Assembly (NCBI RefSeq): GCF_046119375.1
Contig: NW_027362762.1
Location: forward strand, 814,494,001-814,558,000
DNA length: 64,000 nt
Reading direction: 5' to 3'
Source: Phyllobates terribilis
Lineage: Eukaryota
In this document: positions 40,126-54,049 of the stretch, piece by piece
Position numbering within the stretch: position 1 is the first letter of the stretch
Layout: every line of letters starts with the position of its first letter
Program-made: the position numbers and the translations under genes
Notes under the pieces: generated by a model
What the model was told of the DNA's origin: nothing
Database searches by the model: none
Seen by the model: only the letters and a program-made list of their open reading frames with translations

Positions 40126-41890
40126 CTGGAAACATTAGAAATTCCATACGTCATCAATGTTCAATTATCATTCATAAAGAACTGAAGATTAGGAAAATTG
40201 CATAGTGCATAATGGTAATAGCTACAGGCATGCATTCAGAAAACAATTGTTATGTCGGCTGTTTGCATAGAAAACAATCAAATCGCAGAAGAAGAAAAGA
40301 GATTTAACTGGTCACAATGGGTAATTGTCCTGACTTATCTACATGGGTTATCACACATGAAGCCCACTGTGTTATCTTTCCCATATCTATATTCTGCTTT
40401 GATCATAGCTCCTCGCAGCCTAACAAGGTTGTCCCATGAAGATAAACTAATTATATTAAGAAGCTGCCCCAGAGATCACCTGCTCAGCATGCACAAGGAG
40501 AAAAAAATGTTATTGATGCAACCCATTTAATGATAACAGCTTGGAGGACTGAAAGAGGACCTTTAACCAGTCTGAGCATGTTAAACCAATCGCCTGATGG
40601 AATAGTGGCTGCAGAACTGAGTAAAACATATTTTTTTAGTTCTCATCTCTCTGGCAGAGATATTAGCTTGTAAAGCTTAGATTTTAACTTTTTGCTAAGA
40701 CCAAGTGGCCGTTAGCAGAGATTCGTCTCTGGAGGTCTGTACTTTTTTCCCCTGCATGACGTTGACTGATTATAAGCAGGAGGAATAGTAGACCTGGGTT
40801 TCTCTGTATGAGACATGTAATGACACACAGCCCTGCTCTCCTCACTGATTTCACTGCTGGCATCTACAGTGTAGAGTAGAGTAGAGCTATGTGTCATTAC
40901 AAACACCTCTGCAGCTCTCCTTGCGCAGCACTTTCAGCTGTGCTCTACTCCCCCTCCTTCCACACTGACAGTGCTGAGGGAGGAGAGCTGCGGAGTGTAT
41001 TCATAAGGACACACAGCTCTGCTCTACTCCCACTTGGAATCCCCTATAGGCACTGGCAGTAAGATCAGTGAGGAAAGCAGGGTTGTGTTTCATTACATGT
41101 CTCACACAGAGAAAGCTAGGTTTGACATTCTCTGGAGGTGTGGTTTTTTTCCTCTCGCCCCCAGAGACAAATCTTTGTTAACACCTCCTTCGTCTTAGTG
41201 AAAATTAAAATCTAAACTTTACAAGCTAATGTCTCTGCAACGGAGATGAGAAATGAAAAAAATAAAACCTAAGTTTAATTCTTGGCTAGATAAGCTGCCA
41301 CCATAGTCTGGCAGTGGCTCTCTCATAAACAACACAGGAGGACATGGCAGAGTGAGTGCTCCTGTGTATCGAGGAGAGAACTGTTGGTCCTATGCATTCG
41401 GTGAGTGCATTAAACGAATAAAATTGAACAGATGCATTTTGAGTCTTGATATAAATGTGTCCAGTGATGATCCTTCAAATAGCTGGGACCTAAGCTCAGC
41501 CGAGCGCTCCTGTGTTCTCTTTGAGAGAGCCACCGCCGACATGTCTGACAGCGGCTTATCTCCAGGAGGACAAAAGGATCGTCAGTCCGATATCTGACAA
41601 ACTGAATCCTTAACTCCCCCGACAATCATTTGTCCAGGGTCCTCATACACATTAGACTACTGGTCGGAGCCATTGATATCAGCCGATATCTAATGTGTTA
41701 AGGGGGGCTTTAAAAAGGCTTTAGTGCAAAATGACAGATAAGTGGAAACCAAACATAGGTCACAGTTAGATGCCTAGCTCAGCTCACAGACCAAAGCAGA
41801 GATCATTTGGTGATTTTCTGTTTTAATGGTGTATTTCATCACAGGCACTGGATGTCTGTCTGTGGTCCAAGGCTTTGCAGACGCCCCTTA

Positions 41891-42834
41891 AGGCTGCTTG
41901 CCCACTATGCGTTTTTCAAGCGTTTTTGCTGTGGAATTTCCGCAGCGAAAACTCTTAAAAAACGCTTGGTAATACGTGCCCCATGGTCCCCAATGATAAT
42001 CCGCATGTGCTGTGCACATGCTGCGGAAATTACCGCTGCGGATTATCATTGCGGAAAAATACGCAGCATGTCCATTAATTTTGCGGACACACAGCGTAAT
42101 TGCCGCCATTGACTTGCATTGGGCCGCGTTACATCTGCATCACTGTATCTGCACATGCGGATATCACACGGTTCAGTGTGCGGATGGTACCCAGGTTTGG
42201 AGAAGAGGAGACTCTCCTCCGGACCCGGGTACCATAGAACCTGTAAAAAAAAAGAATTTAAAATAAAAAATAAAGATTATACTTACCTTCCGATGTCCCC
42301 AAGTCTCCTTAGTGATGCGTCCGGTCTCTTGAACGGCTCGCGGTGGTGTGAAGGACCTGCCATGACGTCATTTAGTCATGGGACAGGTCACGCGACCGCT
42401 GACGTCGGCGGTTGCGTGACCTGTAACATGACTCAATGACGTCACCGCAGGTCCTTAAACAACACCGCGACCCATACAATAGACCGGACGGAGCGGAGAT
42501 AATACCGGGGTCCATCGGAAGGTAAGTATAATCTTTATTTTTTATTTTTCACCATTCTTATTCTTTTTTTTTAAACTATTTCTTGGTCACAGTATATAAA
42601 TCTATGCCGGTTGCATGGATTTATATAGTGTGACCAAGTTGTCAAGCACTTTTCCAAGTGATGCTAAAATCGCTTGGAAAAGAGCTTGATAACCCACATG
42701 CAGAAATGCATGCAAAAACGCTTGACAAACGCTTCTACCTGGCGGGAAAAACGCATGTAAAATCCGCATGTGTTTTTCCTGCCAGGGAGAAGCGGAAAAA
42801 ATATGCAGCATTTCTGCATCGTGGGCACTTAGCT
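41891..42834. mobile_element. MITE of a family related to 7789-8655
   Basis: Imperfect TIRs AGGCTGCTTGCCCACTATGC / GCATCGTGGGCACTTAGCT, TTAA context on both sides, shared internal blocks (ATAAATCTATGCCGGTTGCATGGATTTAT). Confidence 0.8.
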
Positions 42835-43577
42835 TAAGACTGGTGCAGCGGATGCTGAGAGATTGGCATCTGCGTCTCTCTTCATTCATTTATATGGATG
42901 TGAATAGAAAGCTGCACACATGTGACTGCCTTTTCTGCCAAAGGAGCAGCACCAGCAAGAAAAAGGGGGTCAGGGGAACCCCCACATCCATCATAAATAA
43001 ATGTCTGTGATAAAACAACCGATTTACCTTGTGGATTCATTAAAAACAACAACCTACACAGATCAAAAGTGAATAACAAGTCCTTGACAAAGTGGACTGA
43101 AGTCTCTAGTGTTTTGCCAGTTAAAAACGAATCACCTTTGTGTAAGGTGATATCACTCACCTGCAAGAAAACAAAAAACCTGACTAGCACCTCCTGGGAG
43201 GTGCTGGTCAGGTTTTTTGTTTTCTTGCAATTCCTCACTGGAGGTTGTGACTGCCTTCTTTTCTGACTCTGCACTCCACCCATCAACCCAAGGGTGCTTT
43301 TAATTAGTGTTGGGTTCTACCTGCCCATTTAAGATTGTAGACTTATAGCCCAAGAGAGGCATGTTACCCAAGAAGGATAGTTACCCATCAGACGGGAGGT
43401 CACCTTGCTGCGGTTGATGGGCACACATGAATTGGCCAATTTATGAGCTAAGAATCTTCATTTTTTGTAAGTACATCTTATTTAGCAACAATGTAGCTTA
43501 GAATGTATGCTTTTAGTGTTTGCATAGATCTTGGCCCTTACAGAATGCTGCTGTGTTCTTATTTTGGATATCACTCA

Positions 43578-43727
<150 letters not shown>

Positions 43728-44269
43728 TTAGACAGATGCATTGGCAGGACGACCAAAGCAGAATGATTGTAGGACAGAATAAATGTATTGTTAGATTATG
43801 TCGCCTTGTCAATTTACAAGAGCACTACACTTTAAATTGATCATCTGATGTGACAAGATGATACATTCAAAATTACACTGTCCTTGGTCCATAAACTGGA
43901 GCGCTGACCAAATTCCAGAAAAGATGAACTCCAGCACACATTGAGGCTACGACTACTCAGCAACTTTTGGCCGCGACACTTGCCGTGTGACCAAGGTCCG
44001 CTAGGTGCGAATGCACTGTGACCTCGAGGATTCAGGGATTGTGACAGGCAAGTCGCAAGAAGTCCAACCATATTGGTTCTTTTGTGACTGGCCTGTCACA
44101 GTACCCTCAGGGTCACAATGTGGGTACTACAGATCCACCCACTATAATTATGATGGAGCTGCAGTGTTCTGGTTGCATCTGAGAACTTTCAGCCAATCAG
44201 ATACTGATGGCTCATCCTGAGGATAGACCATCAATAGAAAAAGTAGTGGAAAAACCTTTTAAGCATTAA

Positions 44270-44637
44270 AGGGGTATTCCCATCTCCAAGATGCTATCCC
44301 AATATGTAGTGGGTGTAATAATAATATTAGCAAATACCTCCAATTAGAAATGCAGTATAGTATTTTTGATTCGCTATGCCACTTATGTGGCACTCATGTG
44401 CAGGCAATACAGAACCTTAGGTGTCCATAGTTACGACCACTTGCAGCTAGCTAACTGTGACTTTATCAGTGGACGTAACCATGGATACCCAAGGTCCTGC
44501 AATGCCTGCACATGAGGAAAGAGACATAGCCAATTAAAAAAAGCTGTACAACATATCTTATTGGAGGTATTTGCTAATATTATTATTATTACACCTACTA
44601 CATATTGGGATAAGATCTTGGAGATGGGAATACCCCT
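44270..44637. mobile_element. TTAA-flanked fold-back MITE (Kolobok/T2-like)
   Basis: AGGGGTATTCCCATCTCCAAGAT...ATCTTGGAGATGGGAATACCCCT with long TIRs; TTAA at 44266-44269 and 44638-44641. Confidence 0.88.
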
Positions 44638-45173
44638 TTAACCTCATTCTTTCTTAGAATTGGTTGTAGTTGCAGCTTATATCTCAATAGGTCAGAGGAT
44701 AACTTATTAAATGACTTTAAACAAAATTACTGCTTCCAGAAACATGTGCAGCTTGAATCAGAGCTTGGCAGCAGCCAGGTATTTTATCCTCTGAAACGCT
44801 GCTGTGTTTCAGAGAAAATATAGTTTGAAGAGCTGACCGGGGACTATAAGGAGAGACCTGACTAGTCCAGTGATGTCCCCAGTCAGCGTCTACCTACCAC
44901 ACTTTAGTTGATTGACAAGTCTCTCCTTGTGTATACATAGCCAGAGACCTGTCAATCAACTGGAGCAGGGTGGGGAATAAGTCGGCTGGGGACGTCACTG
45001 GACTAGCTGTGTATCTCCTGTTAAAACTACTGTATGTGTTCTCTAAAACACCCCAGCGCTTCAGAGTAAAATATACCTGACTGTAATCCCACACCCAGGC
45101 TCTGATTTCTGCTGTCCATGGTTCGGGCAGCATGAATCTAATGACCGGTTCCTTTTAAACACTCCTACAATTA

Positions 45174-45407
<234 letters not shown>

Positions 45408-45503
45408 TTAACTAGACATATATACACATAAGAATTTATAATATGTACACGCACAAATACATATTTACACGCTGTGGCACGTGCACACACATATGTATAT
45501 TAT

Positions 45504-46580
45504 TGTAGGGCTTCACTCTCTATGGTCGGCATTAGGTAGAGTTCACACAGGCACTGCTGTTTTGGTCCAAACACTTGCAGTTTTTATTGCTTTCCACAGG
45601 TTGTACAGCACCAAAGCAAACTTATAAACATAAATCCCTAGCCTTGTCCAGGCACTAACTAAACAGAAAAGACCATGGCTACTCATACATGGCTGAACTA
45701 GCCCCAGCTTGGTCAAACCAAACAGTTATTATCCATTGCAACCACTGATACTTGCGGCTCTCTGCACACGGCATCCCTAGGAGAGAGGGATTCTGGCTTG
45801 TCGCTCTTTTTAGCATCAAGACACATCAAGTCTGGTCAGTTTCACTGAGCTGACTGACTTAGATGAACACCTAGCCTGTTGATATGCAGTGCCAGTCGGG
45901 CGCAATAATCAAAGCCTGCACAGCTAGGATTTAACCCTAGCCTACTTGGCATTACTACATACCCCTCCCCCACTGCCCAAAGCCGAGGGCTGGGCACCAT
46001 CTGCCAACTCACCATGCCTACAGGGGGGGCACCTTACCAAAATTGACTTTGTGAGGGGGCAAGGCTAGTTTTGTATTGCCTCCTCTGAGACTACCTCCAG
46101 GTTGGCATCAGGAATTCTACAGGGTTTTACATTGACCCGAGCTGGAGCCATGTTTGATGACATAAGTGTGACCTAGTAACTCCAAGAGCCTCTATTTTTG
46201 GGTACCAATTTCTGGCCGTGTTGTCTATGAGAAAGTGACAAATTTCCTGCCACTTTGACATCCGGAACGATAGCTTCTAACTGGGCTAACAAGCTAGGGG
46301 TTTCTAGGGGGTCTCTATCCTTCCAGGGTTTTAGCAGGTTGCTAAAATATATGGAAAAGGGCTTCCTTTTCCCCGGTCGGTGTACTTTATAGCTGATTTC
46401 TCCCTACTTTTCCACCACCTTATAGGGTCCCTGTCACTGGGTAACAAACTTGTTCTCCCTTGCGGGCACTAACACAAGTACCCAATCCACAAGCTTACAT
46501 TTTGTCACTCTAGCCAACCGATTGTACCCCCTGCATTTTCCCTCCTGGGCCTTGAGGAGGCGCTCTTTTACCTGTCCCAC
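45504..46580 (-). mobile_element. Truncated Gmr1-like Gypsy remnant: integrase C-terminus, RT start, PPT and 3' LTR
   Basis: Minus translation ...VLVLVP...QGPYKVVEK...NLLKPW, then VNVKPCRIPDANLEVVSEE (RT-leader-like), PPT GGGGGAGGGGTA, and LTR TGTAG...CTACA (45959 to 45504). In-frame stops present. Confidence 0.7.
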
Positions 46581-47221
46581 ATATACACAAGTACAAACGC
46601 ACACTTATTCACTGTTGTGACAAAATGAGCTGCGACACCCTGAAAATGGCCACAAATGCCTTTGTGTAAAAAAGGGACCAGGAAAAGGAGACCAGAGTTA
46701 AGGCTACGTTTACACAAAGAGTATTTGGTGAGTTTTTGATGTTGCAGATTTTCTGTAGCATTTCTGCACGTATTAGATAAAGTAGATTACTTATGCTTTT
46801 TTCATTGCGTTTTTAGTGCATTTTTTTCAAGCATTTTTATTGTGTTTTTGATGCTTTTTTGCCTCTTTTTGCCATCATGTTTCATATTAAGTTGCTCTGT
46901 TATTGATACATCCTGGTATTTGGCTTTTACAAAACTCTATTGATACAGTCATGTGTGGATTACATGCATTTTTAGCGCGTTTCGGCAGCACATGTGCACA
47001 GTGAAAACACGCAGTGACAAACACTCGCCAAATCAAATACTCATCATGAGAACTTAACCTAACAAAGTAAGCATCAGAAGGGAATCGGTGATTGTGAACA
47101 CCATGTCTTCATTTTTTTTTTATCAGTTTGAGCCCTTTTAAAAATAATTTTTATCCCACGAATAACCGTTCTAAGTAGTAAAATCTATTTACAAAGTTAC
47201 TCAACTTTTTACGCAGTTTCA

Positions 47222-47581
<360 letters not shown>

Positions 47582-47694
47582 CTATTAACAACACACAGAC
47601 ATATTAATGATTAAAGACCATTCACAATAGAGAATGAGACACTGGTATCACACAGTATACACAGGCTGGAGGGTAACTTTACTAATCTAGTAAT

Positions 47695-48208
47695 TGTCAC
47701 AAAGTGACTAGGGACTGTGGGCACCTACCCAATCCCTAGAACTAGGGGCACCCTCGTCTATCCCTGTCCCCCGCACTCCTGAAGGTGGAGACGCCAGGGT
47801 CACATACCTTGCTATGCTCCTATATTACCCGTTAGCTGTTCCCTCCCCCATCCAGGAAGGTGTGTGGCCAAAGTGTTAAACAGGGAAGGTACAGGAAGGT
47901 GAAACCACACAACAATCTCCTGAACAACTCTCCAAACACCTACTCCAAACACGAACTTCACCTCCAACTCCTTATGCCAATGGTGAGCATATATAGCAGA
48001 GGGGAGGGGCCAACACTGAACAGCTGAAACAATCCAAGTTGGAGAGCTCCAGGAGCTTCAACTGAACTGATTAACTCTTGCACTGCCAGCAAGGAAAAAA
48101 AACTTGCACTGTTTAATAGGATGGTGAAGCAGTTTTAATCAGTTCAGGAGTAAGTGAAACCAGACTCTGTGGTCTTCCTGCCCGTCTCTGTCACGGTATC
48201 CCGTGACA
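47695..48208. mobile_element. Solo LTR (514 bp)
   Basis: TGTCAC...GTGACA termini; 5-bp TSD GTAAT at 47690-47694 and 48209-48213. Confidence 0.85.
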
Positions 48209-49537
48209 GTAATTTGGTGTATTTATTATCCTACCAGTGCTTCATTTCTAATCTACCACTATCTCATGGTTTTGTGAGCTTTATATAAGGAAAAATACAC
48301 AGAAATGAATAGGAAAAAAAACATTCTTTCTTTGCTGTTTTCTTTTACACAATAATCTACAGTCCCCATACACATTAGACAAAAGTCGTCTGAACCTGCC
48401 GGGATTGGCCGACCACCTAATGTGTATGGGGACACCTGACTGCTCCTTGTCAGATTACTTCTGGGAATGTAAGGATCTGGTGGGTGAATCCTTTTGTTCG
48501 GCAGGGAGATGATTTTTCTAGCGGCTCTCTCATATAGAACACAGTCCCGTTCGACCGGCAGCTATCTAATGTGTCAGCTTTAGTTTTTAAAGGCACCGCT
48601 CTAGTGCTGCTTCTTTGGTGGTTATTGCCAGTCTCTAGATATTTTGCTGCAATGATCATGAGCCATACATCCATGTGACCGCTGCAGCCAATGACTGGCA
48701 TCAGCAGTCTTGTGCTATACATACAGAGACCTCCACTGAGGCCAGTGATTGGATGCAGTGATCATGAGCTTGTAAAAAGAAACTTGTGGTAGCAAAAATT
48801 CTGGATAACCCCCTTTAAGCTTGTCTCCCTTCCATAAGGAAGCCAATCTTTTCTCCTCAAGAAATAATATCGATACCCCAAAGCTGGAGCCCCTATGGCC
48901 TCTAGAATGGGAGTCCCTTCCATGCCAAGCATGTGGCATGGAGGAAAAACGTGTCTGTTACCAACAAGGTGGTTGATGGGAGAATAGATGCGCTGAGAAA
49001 TTAATCTTTCCATACTATTTTATTTAGGGGTAAAAGTAGGGGGCTGACCACTAGGGCCCTAGCTCAGGGTAGAGAACTCTTCTTTTTAAACCAACTAAAA
49101 TTTATTGTCGTGATATAAAAGATCAGATATATTACGGATACAGCAAATTCACAAGTTTTGATGTCCAATAAATCCTTACCAGGAACAAATCTAATATATT
49201 TAGTACAAAGTAGAAACCGCATTAAAGGTAATGTAGCACAGATATAGAGAACTGGAATAGGATATCACAAAATATATCTTAGTGGGTTCTGCCCACAAAT
49301 AGAAAATCAGACCAAATATACTTAGATAAACTATAGTCACTGCTGCTTGTCTATTTTTGTTTAGTGAGATAAGATGATAAAGGGCAGGTTCGAAGACCAG
49401 ATAGAAGAAAGTGTGGCCCAGGAGCCACCCCTCCCCCCATAAGGGCAGCCTCTCCCATCTCTTTATCTGGGGTAGAGAACTTTATTTTTTGGACAACTTC
49501 ACAATCAGCCGCTATTCAGGTCACAATGTAACCCATG

Positions 49538-49667
49538 TTACCCATGTAAACACTTAATAATGCGGACCACCACCAAACACCCCGACCCCTTGAGAAAGCC
49601 TGTGAGTGTGAAACGCGCGTCGGGGTGTTCGGTGGTGGTCTGCATTATTAGGTGTTTACATGGGTAA
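49538..49667 (+). other. 49-bp hairpin enclosing a hammerhead-like core
   Basis: Arms 49538-49586 and 49619-49667 pair with 2 G-U pairs and 1 A-C mismatch. The loop contains TTGAGAA-AG...GAAACGCGC followed by GTC. Confidence 0.8.
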
Positions 49668-50514
49668 GTCTCCCCTGATACTTTGTCTGTTCCCTTAACT
49701 GCATTATTATGCTGAAGGGACATGTTAGCGGCACATTGTTACATGATAGTTTAACAGTGATGTCCCTTCTCGTTCCATCATTACATGGGGGTATTTGTTT
49801 GCATGCTAGAAGCTTGTGGCTCTCTTTAAACTACACTGTGGGCCACAATCCTCTACCTTTCTGTAGGCAACAACGATTTGCATGCCATATTTTGTGGTTT
49901 GTTAATTTATAGTAAGGGTTATAACCTTTTTTTACATCTCTTTAGGAGACAGATAGGTTCACTTTATTATATTTTGATATGATATTCTAGTCTTACCCTG
50001 GGCCATTCCACCTGTCTTTACTTGAATCCTGTTCTTTTTTCATCTTTATGCGGGTGGTTTAATATCGCACAATGCAATGTATTTTATACTATATCAATAA
50101 AAGTTTATTGTTTTTATATGGTCTGCTAGTGGTTTTTTTGGATGCTCAGTATCCAAATATAGACTGGTATTGATGGCCTATCCATGAGGACTCGTACACA
50201 TTAGAGAAAAGTTGGCAGAACTTGCCGATTTGGGCTGGATTGGCCGACTAATCTAAATGGGAGCCACCCAACTGTGCCCGACGGGGGGTCATGAGGTTCA
50301 GGTGGTTGGAATTCAATCAACTGATATTTTTCTTCTATGGGCAAAGGATTGCTCTCGCCATAGAGACCACAAGCCCGGCTGAGCGTCCCTGTGTATGGGG
50401 GAGTCAGGGGAGAGGATCAGAGCTGATCTGCAGGACCTGGGAGTGGCCACTAATCAAGACACAGAGCTGTGCTGTTCTCACTATACGGATTACATCTGGT
50501 AACAGCGGATCGGT

Positions 50515-51045
50515 GGGGGTGCAGGGAATCATAGGTAGGGGGAGAAGAGTGTCATAGGTGGGGGAGCAGGGCATCATAGGTAGGGGAGCAGGGTGTCACA
50601 GGTAGAAAGTGCACGGCGTTGGAGGTAGGGGGTGCATGGCGTCATAGGTAGGGGGTGCAGGGCGTCATAGGCAGGGGGTGCAGGGCGTCATAGGTAAGGG
50701 GTGCAGGGCGTCATAGGCAGGGGGTGCATGACGTCATAGGTAGGGGGCGCAGGGTGTCATAGGTAGGGGGTGCATGGTGTCATAGGTAGGGGGTGCAGGG
50801 TGTCACAGGTAGAGGGTGCAGGGCGTCATAGGTGGGGGAGCAGGGCGTCATAGGTGGCAGTGTAGGGCATCATAGGTGGGGGAGTAGGGCGTTCCAGGTG
50901 GGGGAGCAGGGTGTCGCAGGTGGAGGAACAGGGTGTCGTAGGTGGAGGTGCAGGGCGTCGTAGGTGCGGGTGTAGGGCGTCGTAGGTGGAGGTGCAGGAC
51001 ATCGTAGGTGGGGGTGTAGGGCGTCGTAGGTGGAGGTGCAGGTCG
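50515..51045. repeat. G-rich ~23-bp minisatellite (~22 degenerate copies)
   Basis: Consensus GTCATAGGTAGGGGGTGCAGGGC. Confidence 0.88.
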
Positions 51046-51880
51046 TCAGACCTCCACTGATATACTGATCGCGTTTTCTACCGATAGGTCATCATCAATG
51101 TCATTGAAATAGAAAACCTCTTTAAACTGTTTTAAAAAATTGTGGACGCATCAGATTAATGTCGGCTAGAACGGCAGATTTCTAGTGTGTATGGGGGTCT
51201 CCCGGCTGTTCCCTGATGTCAGGGGAGAGAAGGATTAAGCAGTTGGATTTGTCCGTGAGATAAGCCGCCAGTAGATGACTCTGGCAGCCGCTCTTGTCCC
51301 CTCTCTGTATTGAGAACACATTCTGGCTCTGCGGGGGCAGAGGTTATAGAGGTACAGGGGGTACACTGGGCTGAGCTGGACCCTGAGGCCTCTCTGCACC
51401 TTTCTATATGTTCCCATTGCAGGAGTCCTAGCACAGATTTGGGGTCACCTCTCTGTATGTACAATAACAATAGAAACAAGTGACAAGGTTTGATTGGGAC
51501 GACGTTCACCACATCCGGAGTGTCCCAAAGAGATCGCCATGAGTCACTAGATCTCCTCCAATCAGAAATGCCCCTCTGCTGGTTTAACCCTCCATCTCCA
51601 CCCTGCTGTCACCATACTGCCACCCCCATCTTCATCCATGTCACTTATCTAGTGACTCCATTGTTCTGCTATGTGGCCTCTGGATTGTGTCCCCCATCAG
51701 GAGCAGGGGCCCAATTATAACCGATGCTCCCAGCAATTCTACCTCACCCTGTGCCCCTTATATACACTCACAGACATGAGCTACACAGTGTTCCAAGTTC
51801 TTACATATTTCCAGATACTTTTTTCTCAAGAGGTTGTGCAGCAGCAAAACCTTTTCTAGCCCAAACAGCCGGCAGGATAC

Positions 51881-52270
51881 CTGGTGGAGAGATCCCGGGT
51901 GGAGAGATCCCTGGTGGAGAGATCCCTGGTGGAGAGATCCCGGGTGCAGGTCTGTAGTGATGAGGATTCCCTGCGCCGATCTCAGCCGCTCATCTCCTGC
52001 CTACAACACAAGGCGGTTACCATGGAAGCAGGAAGGACGCGTCTCCAGCACAACACGGACGCGGCCTCCCCTCCCCCGTCTGCAGTGATCATGCACTGCG
52101 CACACCCTGATTGCTGTCAGTGACTGGAGTCCGCCTGCCCGGCGTGTTATATGTGGCATTGTCTGTGCGGGGTTATCACGGGATCTGGAGATAGTCATGT
52201 AAACAAGCAGCATATGGCGAGGGGCAGAGCACAGCATGGCTGCACCGTGTGAGACCCCCGGGGGACCCGT
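51881..52270 (-). promoter_or_regulatory. Candidate tekt1 promoter and non-coding exon 1
   Basis: CpG-enriched. X-box-like GTTACCATGGAAGC (52016-52029), forkhead motif GTAAACA (52199-52205), minus-strand donor-like CAG|GTATCC at 51881/51880, and four 15-bp repeats at 51884-51943. Confidence 0.5.
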
Positions 52271-54049
52271 CACACTCATCACCTAGGGATAGAGGAACAT
52301 AGGGGGACGAATTAAAAAGTGTGCAACATACTGGGAAATATTCGAGGTCTCTAAATAATGCACACTGGCCATCCGGTGTAACTTCTGGGGTTCCTAGGGT
52401 GCAGTGGGAAAAATTTACCTACCCACGCCCCCTTTACAGCCCCTCTGTGCCCCATTTCTTGGCCCATTTTTATGAGTTAGGACATCAGGGTTCTTCATCT
52501 CTTCTGGGTTGTCTCACCCCATTTTTTAAAGCCTTAACTTTTTGGGAGAGTTGACAATGGTACATGGCGTCCCCATAGCTGCCAGAAAAGGAGCTCATTT
52601 AGACATCATGCACATGGGCGTACAACAGCTGGAGAAATCCATGGGCCCGTACTGTACCTCCAAGTGCCTCAGATTTTATACAAGGGACACAGAGGTTTTC
52701 TCTTATGAATTCAGGGCCAACCAGTCCAAAATGATTAAACCTAGCTGTGCCACTAATTACAAGTTTTAGGATAGGTTCATACAAGTTAAAGGGGTTCTGC
52801 ATTGATGATGTCACTCGCCTGTGGAAGTAAACAGCACGAGACAACCCCTTTAATGTTCACCATGACCCTGAAGGCTCACTTACATGAGCGTATCACACGG
52901 CCGAGTTCTAGCTGATGTTTTATTGGATTGCACTCGGACCAATGTTATACTATGGTTATACATCTACGGACTCACACAATGGAGAAGATGGAGAAATTAA
53001 TTTCTCCATCTTCTCACCTGTGCTGCAATTCTTGCATGCAAAAGAGAATTGGATCACAGTAAGATCACATTCGGCTCAAACACTGATCAGAGTTTGAGCC
53101 AAGATTCATTTACATAATTGATCCGATTCTCTCGCACGAGAGAATTATCGCTAGTGTGACCCCGGCTTAAAACTGAGGATCACATCAATGCTATATAGCA
53201 AATACATGAAAAAGATGAATATTTCCTGTTCTGTTCTACACCTGTTGCCAGTCTGATAATGATAAATTCTTAAAGATCCCACCTTATTAGAGCTCAATAA
53301 CGTTCCTTATGCTCTCAATTTGTAGTGGGAAATGAGACGACTTGCGCTACACAGCATCCACTCTGAACAATTAGTGCTGCAGTGTAAAGCATGTAGGAGA
53401 GACAAGGTAGCTTCTGCCTGGGATGAGACAATTGCTAATTGCAATCACTGATTCTAGATGTTCCTCTGTTGTCATAACTACATATACACACTAATATAAA
53501 CTGCAATAGTGGACCCCAAACGATAGCTGCAACATAAAACAACAAAGACAGATAGTTCTCACCATCCCTCGCACCAGCGCCAGCTCCCCGCAGATGGTCT
53601 CTGTGTTTTGGATGTGGGTGCACAGTGACATCGACAGATCACATCACCGCTGCAACCAGTGGTGTAACTTGAAACTCGTGGGCCCCAATCCAAAAGATCC
53701 TACTGGACCCCCAATTATATTGCATGTCTTTAATAGTAATTGTCTTTTCATATGGGACTAAGGTACCTTTTGGGCCCACTTGCAATTGCAACCCCTGCAC
53801 TTATTATTGTTACACCCCTGACTGCAGCCAATCACTAAGCTCCATGAGTCTGCCGATGTAAGTAGTACAAGTGGTGATCTGCTGCAACGATTATTTGAGC
53901 TGTTGATGTAACATTGGTGTCCACTTCTTTTAAAAGTGGAAAAGCCCTTTAATTAGTTTTCACTACAGAGGTTGAGTCGTGGCTGCCTGGTTAATCCTGC
54001 TCTTTGGGTATCATGCCTATGGTAGAGCCACTTGGCATATGTGGTGCCC

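Noticed and set aside
53657-53820. Small hAT-like MITE (CAGTGGTGTAAC / GTTACACCCCTG)
   Set aside because: Plausible, but the putative 8-bp TSD has two mismatches; it is one of many minor MITE fragments not listed individually.
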